From Ureaplasma parvum serovar 3 str. ATCC 27815 (GTDB lineage: Bacteria > Bacillota_I > Bacilli_A > Mycoplasmatales > Mycoplasmoidaceae): 32,000 nucleotides of DNA. The stretch covers positions 510,001 through 542,000 of the forward strand of contig NC_010503.1 in assembly GCF_000019345.1 (NCBI RefSeq), written 5' to 3'. Position 1 is the stretch's first letter, and the number at the start of each line of letters is the position of its first letter. The position numbers and the translations under genes are program-made. Below the pieces are notes generated by a model, which was not told the origin of the DNA, did not search any database, and was given only the letters and a program-made list of their open reading frames with translations. Shown here one piece after another: positions 10,137-23,983 of this stretch.

Positions 10137-12455
10137 TTAAAATTGTTTCAAATAATTATTTACTTCTTGTTCAATGATTATAATTTGTTCACTACTTAAA
10201 TTAGATAAATGATCATTAATATAATATTTAAAAGTATAAATAATTCCATCATCTTTTATATAAAGATCGCTGATTTCAACTTTTCTAATATTTTTAATTT
10301 TTTTAATATTAGCAATTATATTATTTAAGTCAACGTCAGAAGCTAATTTAACACTAATATCACGTATGACATCATGATACATACTTGGCTTAATAACTTT
10401 AGTGATTACTTGTTTTTGATTTAAATAACTAGTTAAATTTAAATTAATAATAAAAATATCATTACTTAAACCATATGTTTTTTTGACTTGATTTTTTAGT
10501 TGACCAATAAAACCAAATACTTGTTTGTTTGCATTAATTAAAGCTAATTGGTTATTATCATATAATTCATTAACAACATGATTTTTATCATATGCATAAT
10601 CAATATTTAATTTTGTTAATAAAGCATGTAGTAAAGCTTTTGTTGTCACAAAATTATTAACTATTAATGAATCATTAATTTTTGAATTAATTAATGGTTT
10701 ACATAAAATGATTGATAAAACTGTTTGTTGACTTGAATCAACTGGATTAATCTTTGAAATCTCAAAGATATTTTCTAATTCATTTTTTTGGTTTTGGTTA
10801 TATTCTAATACTTCAAGTAAGGAGTTAAGGTTATTTAATTTTAAATGCGAACGCATATTTGAAGTTGGATTATTAATTTCATAAGCTTGTTTAAAATTAA
10901 AAAAATTAAACTCATGTGCTTGTGTTTGATTTTTTAAATTATAAGTTTTACACTCAAACAAACCTTGATCAACTAAAAAATCACTAACTTTTTTTTCAAA
11001 ATCATAAGCTAGATTATTTTCAAAATTTAAAATATCAAAACTGATTGGTTGTGGTTTGATTTCTTGAATACTAATTTTTTTCATAATATCTTCATAAACA
11101 TCAAACTCATTTAATACATCATATCGATGACTTGGAGTAATTAAATTAGACTTATTAATTTTATAACCTAAGCGTTTTAAAAATGTTTGAGCAGTGTCTA
11201 AATCAATTTCTGCACCCACAAAATCACTTACTTGATTAATTTTATTTTTAATGACATTATGAACTGAATGTTTAAAATAATAAATTAATTTTGCATCTGA
11301 TTTAAAATTAGCTAACAATTTTTTTAATGTTACTTTTGTAACATAATTAGTTAAGGGTTTGCTAAAACGCATAGCCGCTGCGGTATTGATTTTTAAACGA
11401 CGCGCTGTATTTGCAATCAACATAGGATTAAAATTTGCACATTCAATATAAGCAGTTGTGCTTGTTGCATCAATTTTAGAATCATTAGAACCAATAATTC
11501 CAGCAAGTGCTAAAATTTTTTGATCATCAACGATAATTAGATCCCCTTTTTTAATTAAATATTCTTTTTGATCTAAACCCAATAAAATTGCATCTTCTTC
11601 AGCATTTTTAACAACAATTTGACCACTAATTTTTCGTGCATCAAATGCATGAAGTGGATTAGCAGTTAATAATGTTAAAAAATTCATATTATCAGCGAAA
11701 TTATTAAGAACTTTAATTTGATTATTAATCAATATACTTTTAGTATTCCATTTTAAAATATAATTTTGAATATTTTTAACCTCGATTATTCCATACGAAT
11801 TAACATCATCAGATAAAATCCGCACGTCAATAATTTCTTTATGTGGGCGATGATTAATCGTTGCATCAACAACATATTCGAAATCAAAATAAGCACATAA
11901 TTCCTTAGCTATTCAAAAATAACCATTTAAATCATTCCGATTTGATGGAATTGATAAATCTAAAATAACATCATCTAAATTAAAAATTTGATTTGGGGTT
12001 TTATAATGGTCATAATTGTCATCTAAAACTAAAATTCCATCTAAATCTGTTGATGTTAAAAAACTAGTAGCTTGTGGATTAATTTCACTGTAAGCACATA
12101 ACATTCCATTTGAAACATATCCTCTTAATTCACGTGGCGTAATTTTTAAACCATTTGCTAGTTCGGCATTTAATTTTGCTAAAACAACTCAATTATGAAC
12201 ACTAAAATTATTTGCACCACAAACGATCTCATAAACTTTTTGGTTTGCTTTAACTTTAACTAAATTTAAATGATTAGCATTAGGATGTCTAGTTTTTTCT
12301 AATACTTTAGCAAAAACTAAATTAGTAGATGGTTTAATGCTATTAATTGTTTCAACTTCACAACCTAAATCCATTAAAGCTGCGCATAATTCATTTAAAG
12401 GAATCTTTTTTAGTTTTGGACTAATCTTATGTAATAAATTTAAACTTAAAATCAT
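10137..12455 (-). CDS. pheT: Phenylalanyl-tRNA synthetase beta subunit, 772 aa
   Basis: ATG 12455-12453. Track ORFs 10137-11825, 11913-12104 and 12189-12455 are in one frame, joined by TGA codons, and I hand-checked the junctions. It has an N-terminal tRNA-binding-domain pattern (VFAKVLEKTRHPNANHLNLVKV ... VCGANN ... SNGMLCAYSEI) and a B3/4-B5 style middle region. Confidence 0.92.
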
Positions 12456-12486
12456 CTTTTTTTACTCTTTCATTAAATTTAGGAAT

Positions 12487-13488
12487 TTATTTAATTTGGG
12501 CATTAAATTTAAAATTATTTGAATATAAATAACGAATATCATCAATTTCATATTTTAACATTGCAATTCGATCAATACCCACACCAAAAGCCATCCCTGT
12601 TCTAATATCGTTAATATTCGCAGCTTTTAGAACATTTTCATGTAGCATTCCAGTTCCCATAATTTCAATTCATGTACTTTTTTTGCAAACTGCACACCCT
12701 TTTAAATCGCATTTAAAACATTGAACATCAACTTCAAACGAAGGCTCAGTAAACGGAAAAAAACTTAAACGATAACGTGTTTTTAAATTTTGACCAAATA
12801 AATATTTAATCAAACTGTCAATTAATCACTTTAAATTAGCAACAGTTAAACCTTCTTTAACTCATACAAAATCAACTTGATTGAATTGGTGGCTATGTGT
12901 TGCATCATCATCATCTTTTCGATAAACATTACCAAAAGACATAATTCTAATGTCCTTGTTTACGTTATTTTCTAAAAATTGTGCGGTTGTAGTTGTGCAA
13001 TGCGTACGTAACATTTTAATTGAATTAATAAAAAAAGAATCAGCACTTGCTCTTGCTGGATGATTTTCATCAATATTTAAATGATCAAAATTATAAATAG
13101 GTGAAACAACTTCTGAACCACTTACAATTTCAAAATTTAATTTTTTAAAAAAAGATGCAATATCATCAATAATACTATTGAGAATATGATGATGCCCATT
13201 ATTAATAAAAGGAGCAAACAAAGTCTTATTTGTTCATTTTTTTAAATCAACTTGATCATCTTTATCATTTAATTCTTTTAAAATTTGATCAGTAACAAAT
13301 TCAATTTGTTGTTTGAAATTATTAATTAATAAACCCATTTCTTTTTTATTAGCGCTTTTTTTTAATTCATCATATAGTGGTAATAAATGTTGTTTAACAA
13401 AAATATTTTTTAATTCAATCAAATGACGTTCATTATTTGCTGTTCGTAAAATTTGTTTTAAATTTTTAATTAGATTAATAACATCCAT
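12487..13488 (-). CDS. pheS: Phenylalanyl-tRNA synthetase alpha subunit, 333 aa
   Basis: ATG 13488-13486 (the track ORF begins at an upstream GTG at 13494), TAA 12489-12487. Class II motifs are present: [73 protein letters not shown]. Confidence 0.92.
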
Positions 13489-13494
13489 GAACAC

Positions 13495-13965
13495 TTACTC
13501 GCTTTCTTTTTTAGTATCTTCTTGTTGATCTTTAATCACTTTTTGATCTTCTTTATTATTTTTTTGAAAATTACGAAACCAATTCTTAACTAATTTTTTA
13601 TCTTTTAATTCTGGAATATAAACGTTTGAATAAGATCAATAAGCAAAAATATTAATATTAATAATAATAATTAAAAACGAACTTATTCCAAGAATTGAAC
13701 CATATTTAAATATTTTAATTTGGTTATAAGGAGAATCTAAATGAAAATTTTTGGTTTTAAAAATTTTAATAATATTTTGTTTTCATTCGTTATATTCATC
13801 AATTCGCGCATAATAATCTTTGATATAGTATGATAAACGAACAGCCGATCAGATTAAAATTGCTAATAAAATTGCTACAAAAACATATGAAATAATCGTA
13901 ATAATTTTAAAACCCTCGATTGTTTTTAAAAAATCATAAAATTTTTTACCTTTTTTGTTATTCAT
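13495..13965 (-). CDS. Small two-TM membrane protein, 156 aa, unknown function
   Basis: I hand-translated the full length: MNNKKGKKFYDFLKTIEGFKIITIISYVFVAILLAILIWSAV ... SILGISSFLIIIININIFAYWSY ... KKESE*. Three in-frame TGA codons explain its absence from the track. The ATG at 13965-13963 overlaps the end of nadE (ATGAATAA). The TAA stop lies 6 nt before the pheS ATG. Confidence 0.7.
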
Positions 13966-14725
13966 GTTTATTTCCTAATTTATAATTTAAAAATAATTTC
14001 TTTTTATCAAAAACAAAATGTTTATGAGCATTAGTCTCATAACGTTTTTTAATCATGCTAACAATTTTAGGATTAATTTTACGATAAAGTAAAAATTGAT
14101 CAAGATCGTTATATGTAAAACCAAAAAAACTCTCATCAGTTTTGTGTTCATCATCTTCATTTGCTGGAGTAGGAGCACGGTTTAAAATTTTATTTGGTAA
14201 ATGATAATAAGCACCTAATTCATAAATATGTTTTTTTAGTAAACCAATTAACATATAATAATCAGCGGCACTATCGCCATATTTAGTAAAAAAACCTAAA
14301 ATGTACTCATCATAGTTTAAATTACTCACAACAACACCCTTGTATGCATTCGCCATTGCATATAAATAATTTGTACGAATTTTAGGCTTTAAATTATAAA
14401 GAACATATTTATCATTTGTTTTTTTATTAATCATTTTACAATAGCTATCATAGATATCAACAAGATTGATAACTTCAATGTTAGGATAAATATTTTTTAA
14501 TTCATTAATACATTCATAATCTAAACTCGAATTATGAATATCTAAAAAATAAGCATAAATATTAAGATCATACTCTTTTTTTAAATCATTTAAAATAGCT
14601 AATGTTAAAGTGCTATCAATACCACCTGAAATGCCCAAAATAACATTATTCGTTTGTGCGTCATTTAAAAATTTTATAAAATCATTTTTCAACCATTGTA
14701 GATATTTAATCAAATCATTATTCAT
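13958..14725 (-). CDS. nadE: NH3-dependent NAD+ synthetase, 255 aa
   Basis: Intact ORF with ATG at 14725-14723. It carries the PP-loop GISGGIDSTL and a C-terminal P.P.....E.KTDE..FGFTY..LD motif. Confidence 0.9.
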   Translation of the reverse strand: MNNDLIKYLQWLKNDFIKFLNDAQTNNVILGISGGIDSTLTLAILNDLKKEYDLNIYAYFLDIHNSSLDYECINELKNIYPNIEVINLVDIYDSYCKMINKKTNDKYVLYNLKPKIRTNYLYAMANAYKGVVVSNLNYDEYILGFFTKYGDSAADYYMLIGLLKKHIYELGAYYHLPNKILNRAPTPANEDDEHKTDESFFGFTYNDLDQFLLYRKINPKIVSMIKKRYETNAHKHFVFDKKKLFLNYKLGNKHE

Positions 14726-14732
14726 AATTTAT

Positions 14733-16040
14733 TTACTCTTCAAATTCTAATGTAATATCATATATTTTAATACTATCCCCCGCTACTGCTCCAGCTTGTA
14801 GTAATTGCTGGTTAAAATTGATGCTTTGAAGTTTTTGATTAAAACGAATTAAATTATCTTGCGTTTTTAAGGGAATGCGATGTGCTCAATATTTTAAATA
14901 TTCACCAAAGACTTCAAAAATATGATCATCAACTTTTATAATTTCAATAGTTTTATCTAATTCTTTACTTTTAGGAATATCACTCGTTCATTTTAAAATT
15001 TGATCAACTGGTAATTGTTCTTTAAGTCGTTGCTCATAAATCTTTTTTTGTGCAAAGTAAATTTTAATAACATCATCTAACATATTATCTACATGTAAAT
15101 TTGTTAACGCAGATATAATTTTAATTTCTTGATTATTTTTTAAATATTCTTTTAGAATCTGCAAATTTTCTAATGCTCCAATTTGATCTATTTTATTAGC
15201 AACCAATACAATTGGTTTGTTAACTAAATTTTGTTTATATTGTTTTAATTCATTAACAATCGTTTCATAAGCATTAATAATATCAGGATTATCATTAGGA
15301 TCTAAAGAAATTAAATGAATTAATAAAAAACAACGTTCGATATGTTTTAAAAAATCATGCCCCAAGCCAACTCCTGTATGTGCTCCTTCAATTAAACCAG
15401 GAATATCTGCAAAAATGATACGATTTTGATCACGATAAATTGTACCTAAAACGGGATTTAAAGTTGTAAACATGTAATTTGCCGTTTTTGGTTTAGCATT
15501 TGTAAATGTAGAAATTAATGTTGATTTTCCTGCATTTGGTAATCCTATAATTCCAATATCAGCAATAGTTTTTAATTCTAATAAAACTTCAACATTTTCA
15601 CCTAATTCTCCTAATTCATATAAATTTGGTGCTTTATTAAAAGGCGATTTAAAATGTGTATTTCCATGACCGCCTAAACCACCTTGGGCAACTAAATATT
15701 TTTGTTGATCAATATTAATATCTGCCAAAATTTCATTAGTGATAGGATTATAAACAACTGTTCCTAGTGGCACATTAATAAAAACATCTTCCGCATTCGC
15801 ACCATGTTGATTTTTAATATCGCCTTTTTCACCATGTTTTGCACGAATAATTTTTTTATATTTTAAAAATTCTAATGAAGTTTCATTGTGATTACCAACA
15901 AATCAGATTGACCCACCATTTCCACCATTTCCACCAGCTGGTCCACCTTCTGGAACATGAGTTTCACGACGTCATGAAACAATTCCATCCCCACCATTAC
16001 CTGCAATCAATACGATTTTACATTTATCAATAAATGCCAT
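14733..16040 (-). CDS. obg: GTPase Obg/CgtA, 435 aa
   Basis: ATG 16040-16038, TAA 14735-14733. It has the Gly-rich Obg fold (AGNGGDGIVSWRRE..VPEGGPAGGNGGNGGSIWF) and GTPase motifs GLPNAGKSTL, DIPGLIEGA and NKID. The C-terminal OCT/TGS-like extension was recovered through TGA codons and hand-checked. Confidence 0.93.
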
Positions 16041-16042
16041 GC

Positions 16043-16861
16043 TTATTTTCCTTTTTGATCATCTTCAACTTTATATTTTATTCGTTCATTTGCTTTATTA
16101 CGCTTTTTTAATTCTAAACGTTTTTTGTTAAATTCATTATAATATTGTTCTGAATCTTTAAGTTCATTGTATAGATCTGCAGCATATGTCTCAAAATGTT
16201 TTGAGCGATTCATAATAGCATTTGTAATTTTTGTCATGATAAAAATTGGTAAAATAAAAGCAACTACTAAAATTAAAAATCGTACTAAATATCCTCAAAT
16301 TTGACTAGGAATAAATCCAGAAATAATTAAAATAAACATTCCAAATCAACATGAAACTACTGGCGTAAGAATGTCTCAACGAATCTTTGGCGTACTAAAA
16401 GCAAATATAATACATACAATAACTGCTAATCCTAAAGTTGAAAACATTGCAACTCAAACTGGATATGAACTAATTATATTTGTACCAAATTCAACACCAT
16501 GATTGTATTGATTAGTAATTTCATTAACTAATTTTTGCATTCTTTCAATCATAAGAGGACCCGGTTTTGGTTTTAATTGATCATATACAATAGGATTTCA
16601 ATGATAAAAATCTTTAACTCCTACAATCCATTGTTGGTTTTCATCTAATTTAAAACCTTTTCCATATCAACGACCATTAACACCAATTATTCCATTAAAA
16701 CCTAAAAGATTGATTTCACCATATAAAATAAAAAAAACAATCATTGGAATGACAACAAAAAATGATGTAATTAAAAATTTATATAAAAGAGGTGATTTAA
16801 AACGTGTATTAGTTTCAAAGGGTTTTCTAAATCAAGTAGTTTTTGAATGCCTTAAATTCAT
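16043..16861 (-). CDS. Polytopic membrane protein, 272 aa, unknown function
   Basis: ATG 16861-16859. The TAA stop at 16045-16043 lies 2 nt before the obg ATG. It extends track ORF 16043-16237 upstream through about 9 in-frame TGA codons with no TAA or TAG. It has four hydrophobic segments and a Lys/Glu-rich C-terminal tail. Confidence 0.68.
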
Positions 16862-16927
16862 TTACTGTCCTTTCTTTAATAAATGGTTGGTAATCAATAT
16901 GATTAAATTATAACAATTTACTATATT

Positions 16928-17845
16928 TTAATTAATAAAAGGGTTTTTCCCATTCAATAAAACTTTTGGAGATAAAGGTTTTTTATTTGGAAGCTGAATC
17001 AATAATAGTTCAATATCAAAATCTTGCGTACTTACAAAAAGTTGATTTTTAAAAATCATGATTGTTCCAGGTTTTTGACATGACTTTTGATTAGTGATTT
17101 TAACTTGATATACTTTAATTGAAACGCCATTATATTGCATAATAGCGATTGGTTTATCATACATAGCATTAACAAAACGATTAATAAAAAAAGCTGGTTG
17201 GTCAAAATTAATAATATTTTGGTCCTTTTGAATATTATAAGCAAAACTAACAGAATTTTCATCTTGTTGAATTCCAACTAAATTTGGTTTTACTAATTCT
17301 AAAAAATGTTCTTTAATCATCAATGCACTAAGATTAGCTAACTCTAAAGTTAGTGATTTGGTTGTTGTGCAATCGTTTATTTCTAAACTTCTTTGAAATA
17401 AAATATTACCTGCATCCATTTTTTTAATCGTATGCATTAAAGTGATTCCTGTTTTTAATTCACCATTTAAAATGGCATAATGAATTGGTGCTCCGCCACG
17501 TAATTTTGGTAAAAGTGAAGCATGAATATTAACGATTTTGTATTTAGGAATATCAATTATCCCTTGATTAATAAATTGACCAAAAGCACAAGTAATGATA
17601 ATATCTGGTCCTAAAATACGGATTTCTTCTTCAATTTCTTTGATTTTTTCTGGTTGAAATAACTTAATATTATGATCTAAACAAAACTGTTTAACAGGAG
17701 AGTAGATAACATTCTTTTTTCGATCAAAATGTGCATCTGGTTGACTAACAACAGCGATTAAATCAACTTCATGCATGTTAAACAATGTTTCCAAAACAAT
17801 TTTAGCGATTTCTGGTGTACCAAAAAACATTACTTTATATTTCAT
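16928..17845 (-). CDS. fmt: Methionyl-tRNA formyltransferase, 305 aa
   Basis: Intact ORF with ATG at 17845-17843 and AAGGA upstream. Fmt signatures are present: [34 protein letters not shown]. Confidence 0.93.
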
Positions 17846-17895
17846 TTAATTAAATTCCTTATTTTAATACCTTATAAATAAGGTAAAGATAGCAA

Positions 17896-17920
17896 AATAA
17901 CTCCTTAAAATGGAGTTATT
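17896..17920 (-). terminator. Possible terminator / attenuating hairpin between the 17919-18644 gene and fmt
   Basis: A 9-bp stem AATAACTCC (17896-17904) / GGAGTTATT (17912-17920) with a 7-nt loop. On the minus strand it starts at the TAA stop and is followed by TTTTGCT. The T-tail is short, so it may only attenuate transcription. Confidence 0.4.
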
Positions 17921-18644
17921 AGTTTGTTTTATTTTTTTGTTTTTCTAATTGTTTTTGACGTCGTTGAGCTGCTTTTTGTTGTTTTTTCTTATCTGCTTCT
18001 AATCTCTTGTTATAAATCTCATCATCTTTAGCTTTAATTGGTTCAATTCATAACATTTCTTCTTCATAATCTAAAGCACGCACAACATCAATTTCGCGTC
18101 GGTTTTCTTTTTTATTAATTTTTACCAAACGAACTTCACACTCAATCGCACGGGGTTCATCTATAATTAAAGTTTTAGCATTTCTTGTAGTAAACAAAAC
18201 TACATATAGTTCTTTAGGTTTAGCACGTTTTTCTTTTTTAATTCGTTCCATTTCAATTTTATATTGCTCTGGATTCGTTGTTTTAAGTGCTTTGATTGCT
18301 TTTTGTTCATTTTTATAATCAATTCTTTGTTGTTTTGTCATCTGAACCAAATTGTGTGGTTCAGCACGCTTAACTACATATGAATCAATAACTTCTTTTC
18401 CTTTATCGTCAATGCTACGTAAATATTTTTTAATTGTAGTTCAAACTTCATTTGTATCTGACTTATCTTTGTTATTAACACTAGTTTGATTTTCACCATT
18501 TTGTTTACGTTTTTTACGCATAATAAATACTACAACTAATACAATTGGAATGATAATGATTAAGATCATTAAAAAGTTGCCATTACCACCCTTTGCACTA
18601 TCTGCTTGTAAAATAGATTCTATTATTTCTTGGTTATCAAGCAT
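17919..18644 (-). CDS. N-terminally membrane-anchored Lys/Glu-rich protein, 241 aa, unknown function
   Basis: ATG at 18644. Track ORFs 18441-18644 and 18048-18350 are in one frame and joined by TGA codons. TAA at 17921-17919. It has a single TM segment (FLMILIIIIPIVLVVVFIM) followed by RKKRKQ and long charged, probably helical, segments. Confidence 0.68.
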
Positions 18645-18893
18645 GTAATCCCCACCTAAACATCAATTTATGAACACATTATATTATTATATGAAATTAA
18701 TAGCAACATTCATAATTAATTAATAGATTAAAAATTATTTATTAGAATGTTAATAGAATTTAAATAATTTATTTAATTAGTAACAATCATACATTATAAA
18801 CTTTTATATCATTTATAATTATTATTAAAACATGGTTAATAAAATAAAAACCAATTAGTTATGATTTCATTTCAAAAAATAGGAAGTAAGTAA

Positions 18894-19490
18894 ATGTACA
18901 ATATTAAATTTTTAGATTTATTAAATTCAAATTTAAAGCCTAACCCTCAATGAATTTTTAAAGATCCACATCCCATTTTACGCGAAGTAACTCAAGATAT
19001 AGAAGGTAATGAATTATCAAAAGATGATATTTATTATCTTAAAAAAATGGTCCGTTATATTGATGTTTGTTATCATAATCAAGCCAAAAAATATAAAATT
19101 CGTTCAGGAATTGCGATCGCTGCAAATCAAGTTGGTTGAAACAAACGCGCAACTTATATCCATTTTAATGATGAAGCCAAAGAACATCATTATTTATTAA
19201 TTAATCCTCATATTATTAAACGTTCATCTGAAATAGCTTATTTAAATCCAGGTGAAGGATGTTTATCTGTTGATGATGATCGTTCTGGATATGTTATTAG
19301 AAATAAAAAAGTTCATGTTAAAGCATATGATCTAATTAGCGAACAATTTATTGATCAAGAATTTAGTGGTATTATTGCAATTTGCATCCAACATGAAATT
19401 GGTCATTTAGATGCTGGTTTATATTATGACAATATCAATCAACAGCAACCATTTTATGCCGATCCTAGTTGAACAAAGATAGGAAGATAA
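18894..19490 (+). CDS. def: Peptide deformylase, 198 aa
   Basis: ATG at 18894 with AGGAAG upstream. It has three in-frame TGA codons. All three Def motifs are present: GIAIAANQVG, EGCLSV, QHEIGHL. The track only shows an out-of-frame ORF here (19009-19200). Confidence 0.9.
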
Positions 19491-21425
<1,935 letters not shown>

Positions 21426-21430
21426 AAAAT

Positions 21431-23983
21431 ATGAGTGTAAATCATCAAAAAATTATTAATACACCTTTAGACAACATTGTTGGTGAAAGTTATGCAAAAT
21501 ATGCAAAATACATTATTCAAGATCGTGCTTTACCTGATATTCGTGATGGTTTAAAACCTGTTCAACGACGAATTTTATACGCAATGAGTGAATTAGGAAT
21601 CTTTTATGATAAACCTTATAAAAAATCTGCACGTACAGTAGGAGAAGTAATTGGTAAATATCATCCACATGGAGATTCATCAATTTATGAAGCAATGGTG
21701 AGAATGAGTCAAGATTGAAAAAATAATCTATGTTTATTAGATATGCATGGTAATAAAGGTTCAATTGATGGTGATAATGCTGCTGCAATGCGTTATACAG
21801 AAGCTCGATTATCAAAAATTGCTAGTGTAATGTTAGCCAACTTAAAAAAAGATGTTGTTAAATTTAGTCCAAACTTTGATGATAGTGAAAAAGAGCCATC
21901 AATTTTACCATCTCTTTTTCCTAATTTGTTAATCAATGGAGCAACAGGAATTGCTTCTGGTTATGCAACAAATATTCCTCCTCATAACCCTAATGAAGTT
22001 TTTGATGCTTTAATTTATCGTATTGATCATCCAGATTGTAGTGTAGAAAAACTAATTGAAATCTGTCCTGCGCCAGATTTTCCCACAGGTGGGGAAATCC
22101 ACGATTTAAATGGATGTGCTAATGCTCACAAAACTGGTGAAGGTAAATTTATAATTCGTGCTTGCATTGATTTTAAAATCAATGATAATAAGATTAATCA
22201 AATTATTATTAGTTCAATCCCTTATGAAACAAACAAGGCTTTAATCATTAAAGAAATTGAAGATATTATTTATAATAAAGAAGTTGCTGGATTAATCGAA
22301 GTTCGTGATGAATCTGATGCTAAGGGAATTAGTATAATTATTGATACTAAAAAAGATATTAATTTAGAAAATGTTAAAAACTATTTATATAAAAAAACCA
22401 ACTTGGAAATCAGCTATAATACAAAATTTATTGCAATTGTTCACCGAACTCCTACACTTGTAAATCTATCTACATATTTAGATGCTCAAATTAATCATAG
22501 TTTAGATGTAATTAATAAAGTCGATTTATATGATCTAAACAAAATTTTGTTACGTATTGAAATTGTTGAAGGCTTAATTAAATGCGTTGATTTAATTGAT
22601 GAAATTATTAAAATTATTCGTGCTAGTGAATCGCGTCAAGATGCAAAAAATACTTTAATTCAAGTTTTTAATTTTACAAATAATCAAGCTGAAGCGATTA
22701 TTATGATGCGTTTACATAATTTGACACGTACTGATATATTTGATTTAAAAAATGAATGACAAACGCTACAAGACGAAGCTAAAACGCTACAAGAACGAAT
22801 AAATTCACTTCAAGTTCGCAAAAATTATTTAAAACAAAAAATGATTGAATTTAAAAAAACTTTTGGTTTTGAACGCAAAACAAAATTATTTGATGAATTA
22901 GTAAAAGTTGAAATAAACGAAGATCAAATGATCGAAAAACAAAATTTGAATTTAGTAATAAGTCGTGATGGATACATTAAAACTGTTTCTAAAAAGTCAT
23001 TTGAGTCATCTAAATATGATGAATTAGGATTAAAAACTAATGATATTCTTTTTTATCATAATATCATTAATTCTCATGATAAAATCCTAATCATTACATC
23101 AAAAGCTAAATTAATTAATTTAGTTGCTCATAAAATCACTTCTATGCGGTGAAAAGATGTTGGTGAACACTTAAATAATTATGTGAAATTTGATGCTAAT
23201 GAAAAAGTTATAGCTGTTTATATATGGAACGAACAATTTAAAATTGATGAATATCAATTAGTTTTGGCTTCTAGATTAAATCTAATTAAAAGAATTGAAT
23301 TAAGCGAGTTGGATATAAATAAAAATAGTAAACAAATTAGCATTATGAAATTAAATGATAATGATAATTTAATCAGTGCTAATTTAATCAAAAAAGGTCA
23401 TAATCAATTTATTATTGCAATTTCTAAATTAGGATTAGCCCTGCTATTTTTAGTTCATGAAATTAATTGCTTAAATCGTTTAGCTAAAGGAATTAAAATT
23501 ATGAAATTAAAACCAAATGATGAGGTTAGTGCTATTTTAATTACTCCTAATAATGGTTATAATGTTCAACTTTTTTTAGAACGGGGAAGTAAGTGTTTTA
23601 ATATTAGTGAATTAAAATTATCAAAACGTGCGGCCACACCAACAAATTTATATCCAATAACAAAAAAAGTGCAAAATGTTTTAGCAGCTTTTTTAGTTGC
23701 TCATGAAAATGTTTTTTATCTTTTAGATCAACAACAAAAAATAAATCCATATTACTTATCAAACCCCAAACCAACAAAACTAGATACTAAAATTAGTATC
23801 TATGAAAACGATCAAATGATCACTGATGTAGTTAAAGATTGCTTTTTAAGTGATGAAGCAATTAGTGATTTTAAAAAAATTAATATGTACGCAAATGAAT
23901 TTGATAATGAAATGCTAAAAATTAATAAAAATCACGATGATTCACAATTAGAATTAATTGATGAAGAGGAAGAAAAAAAATAA
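21431..23983 (+). CDS. parC: DNA topoisomerase IV subunit A, 850 aa
   Basis: Four track ORFs (21431-21718, 21743-22759, 22841-23152, 23183-23983) lie in one frame and are joined by TGA codons. Motifs present: [21 protein letters not shown] (Gln, as in ParC; GyrA usually has His), [29 protein letters not shown] (catalytic Tyr). I saw no GyrA-box (QRRGGKG-like) in the C-terminal domain. Confidence 0.86.

Noticed and set aside
12337-12522. ORF 12337-12522 (+), spanning the pheT start and pheS end.
   Set aside because: It is antisense to two conserved synthetase genes and gives a low-complexity peptide.
13489-13494. GTG 13494 as the pheS start (track ORF start).
   Set aside because: ATG 13488 lies two codons downstream and is the more conventional start. 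The choice does not affect the call.
16710-17277. ORFs 16710-16913 (+) and 17056-17277 (-, alternative frame within fmt).
   Set aside because: The first is antisense to the 272-aa membrane protein gene, and the second is out of frame inside fmt. Both are composition artefacts of AT-rich DNA.
17919-18644. YajC (preprotein translocase subunit) assignment for the single-TM protein upstream of fmt.
   Set aside because: Only the N-terminal TM plus basic stretch resembles YajC. The conserved GD.V.T.GG..G core is absent, and the protein is twice the usual length.
18697-18756. Three copies of TTAATAG (18697, 18720, 18750) in the def/membrane-protein divergent intergenic region, considered as a possible regulator-binding array.
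   Set aside because: This is a 7-mer of pure A/T plus one G in DNA of about 15% GC. The spacing is irregular (23 and 30 nt), so it is consistent with chance.
19009-19200. ORF 19009-19200 (+) in the def region.
   Set aside because: It is out of frame with the real def reading frame (18894-19490), which carries all three deformylase motifs once UGA is read as Trp.
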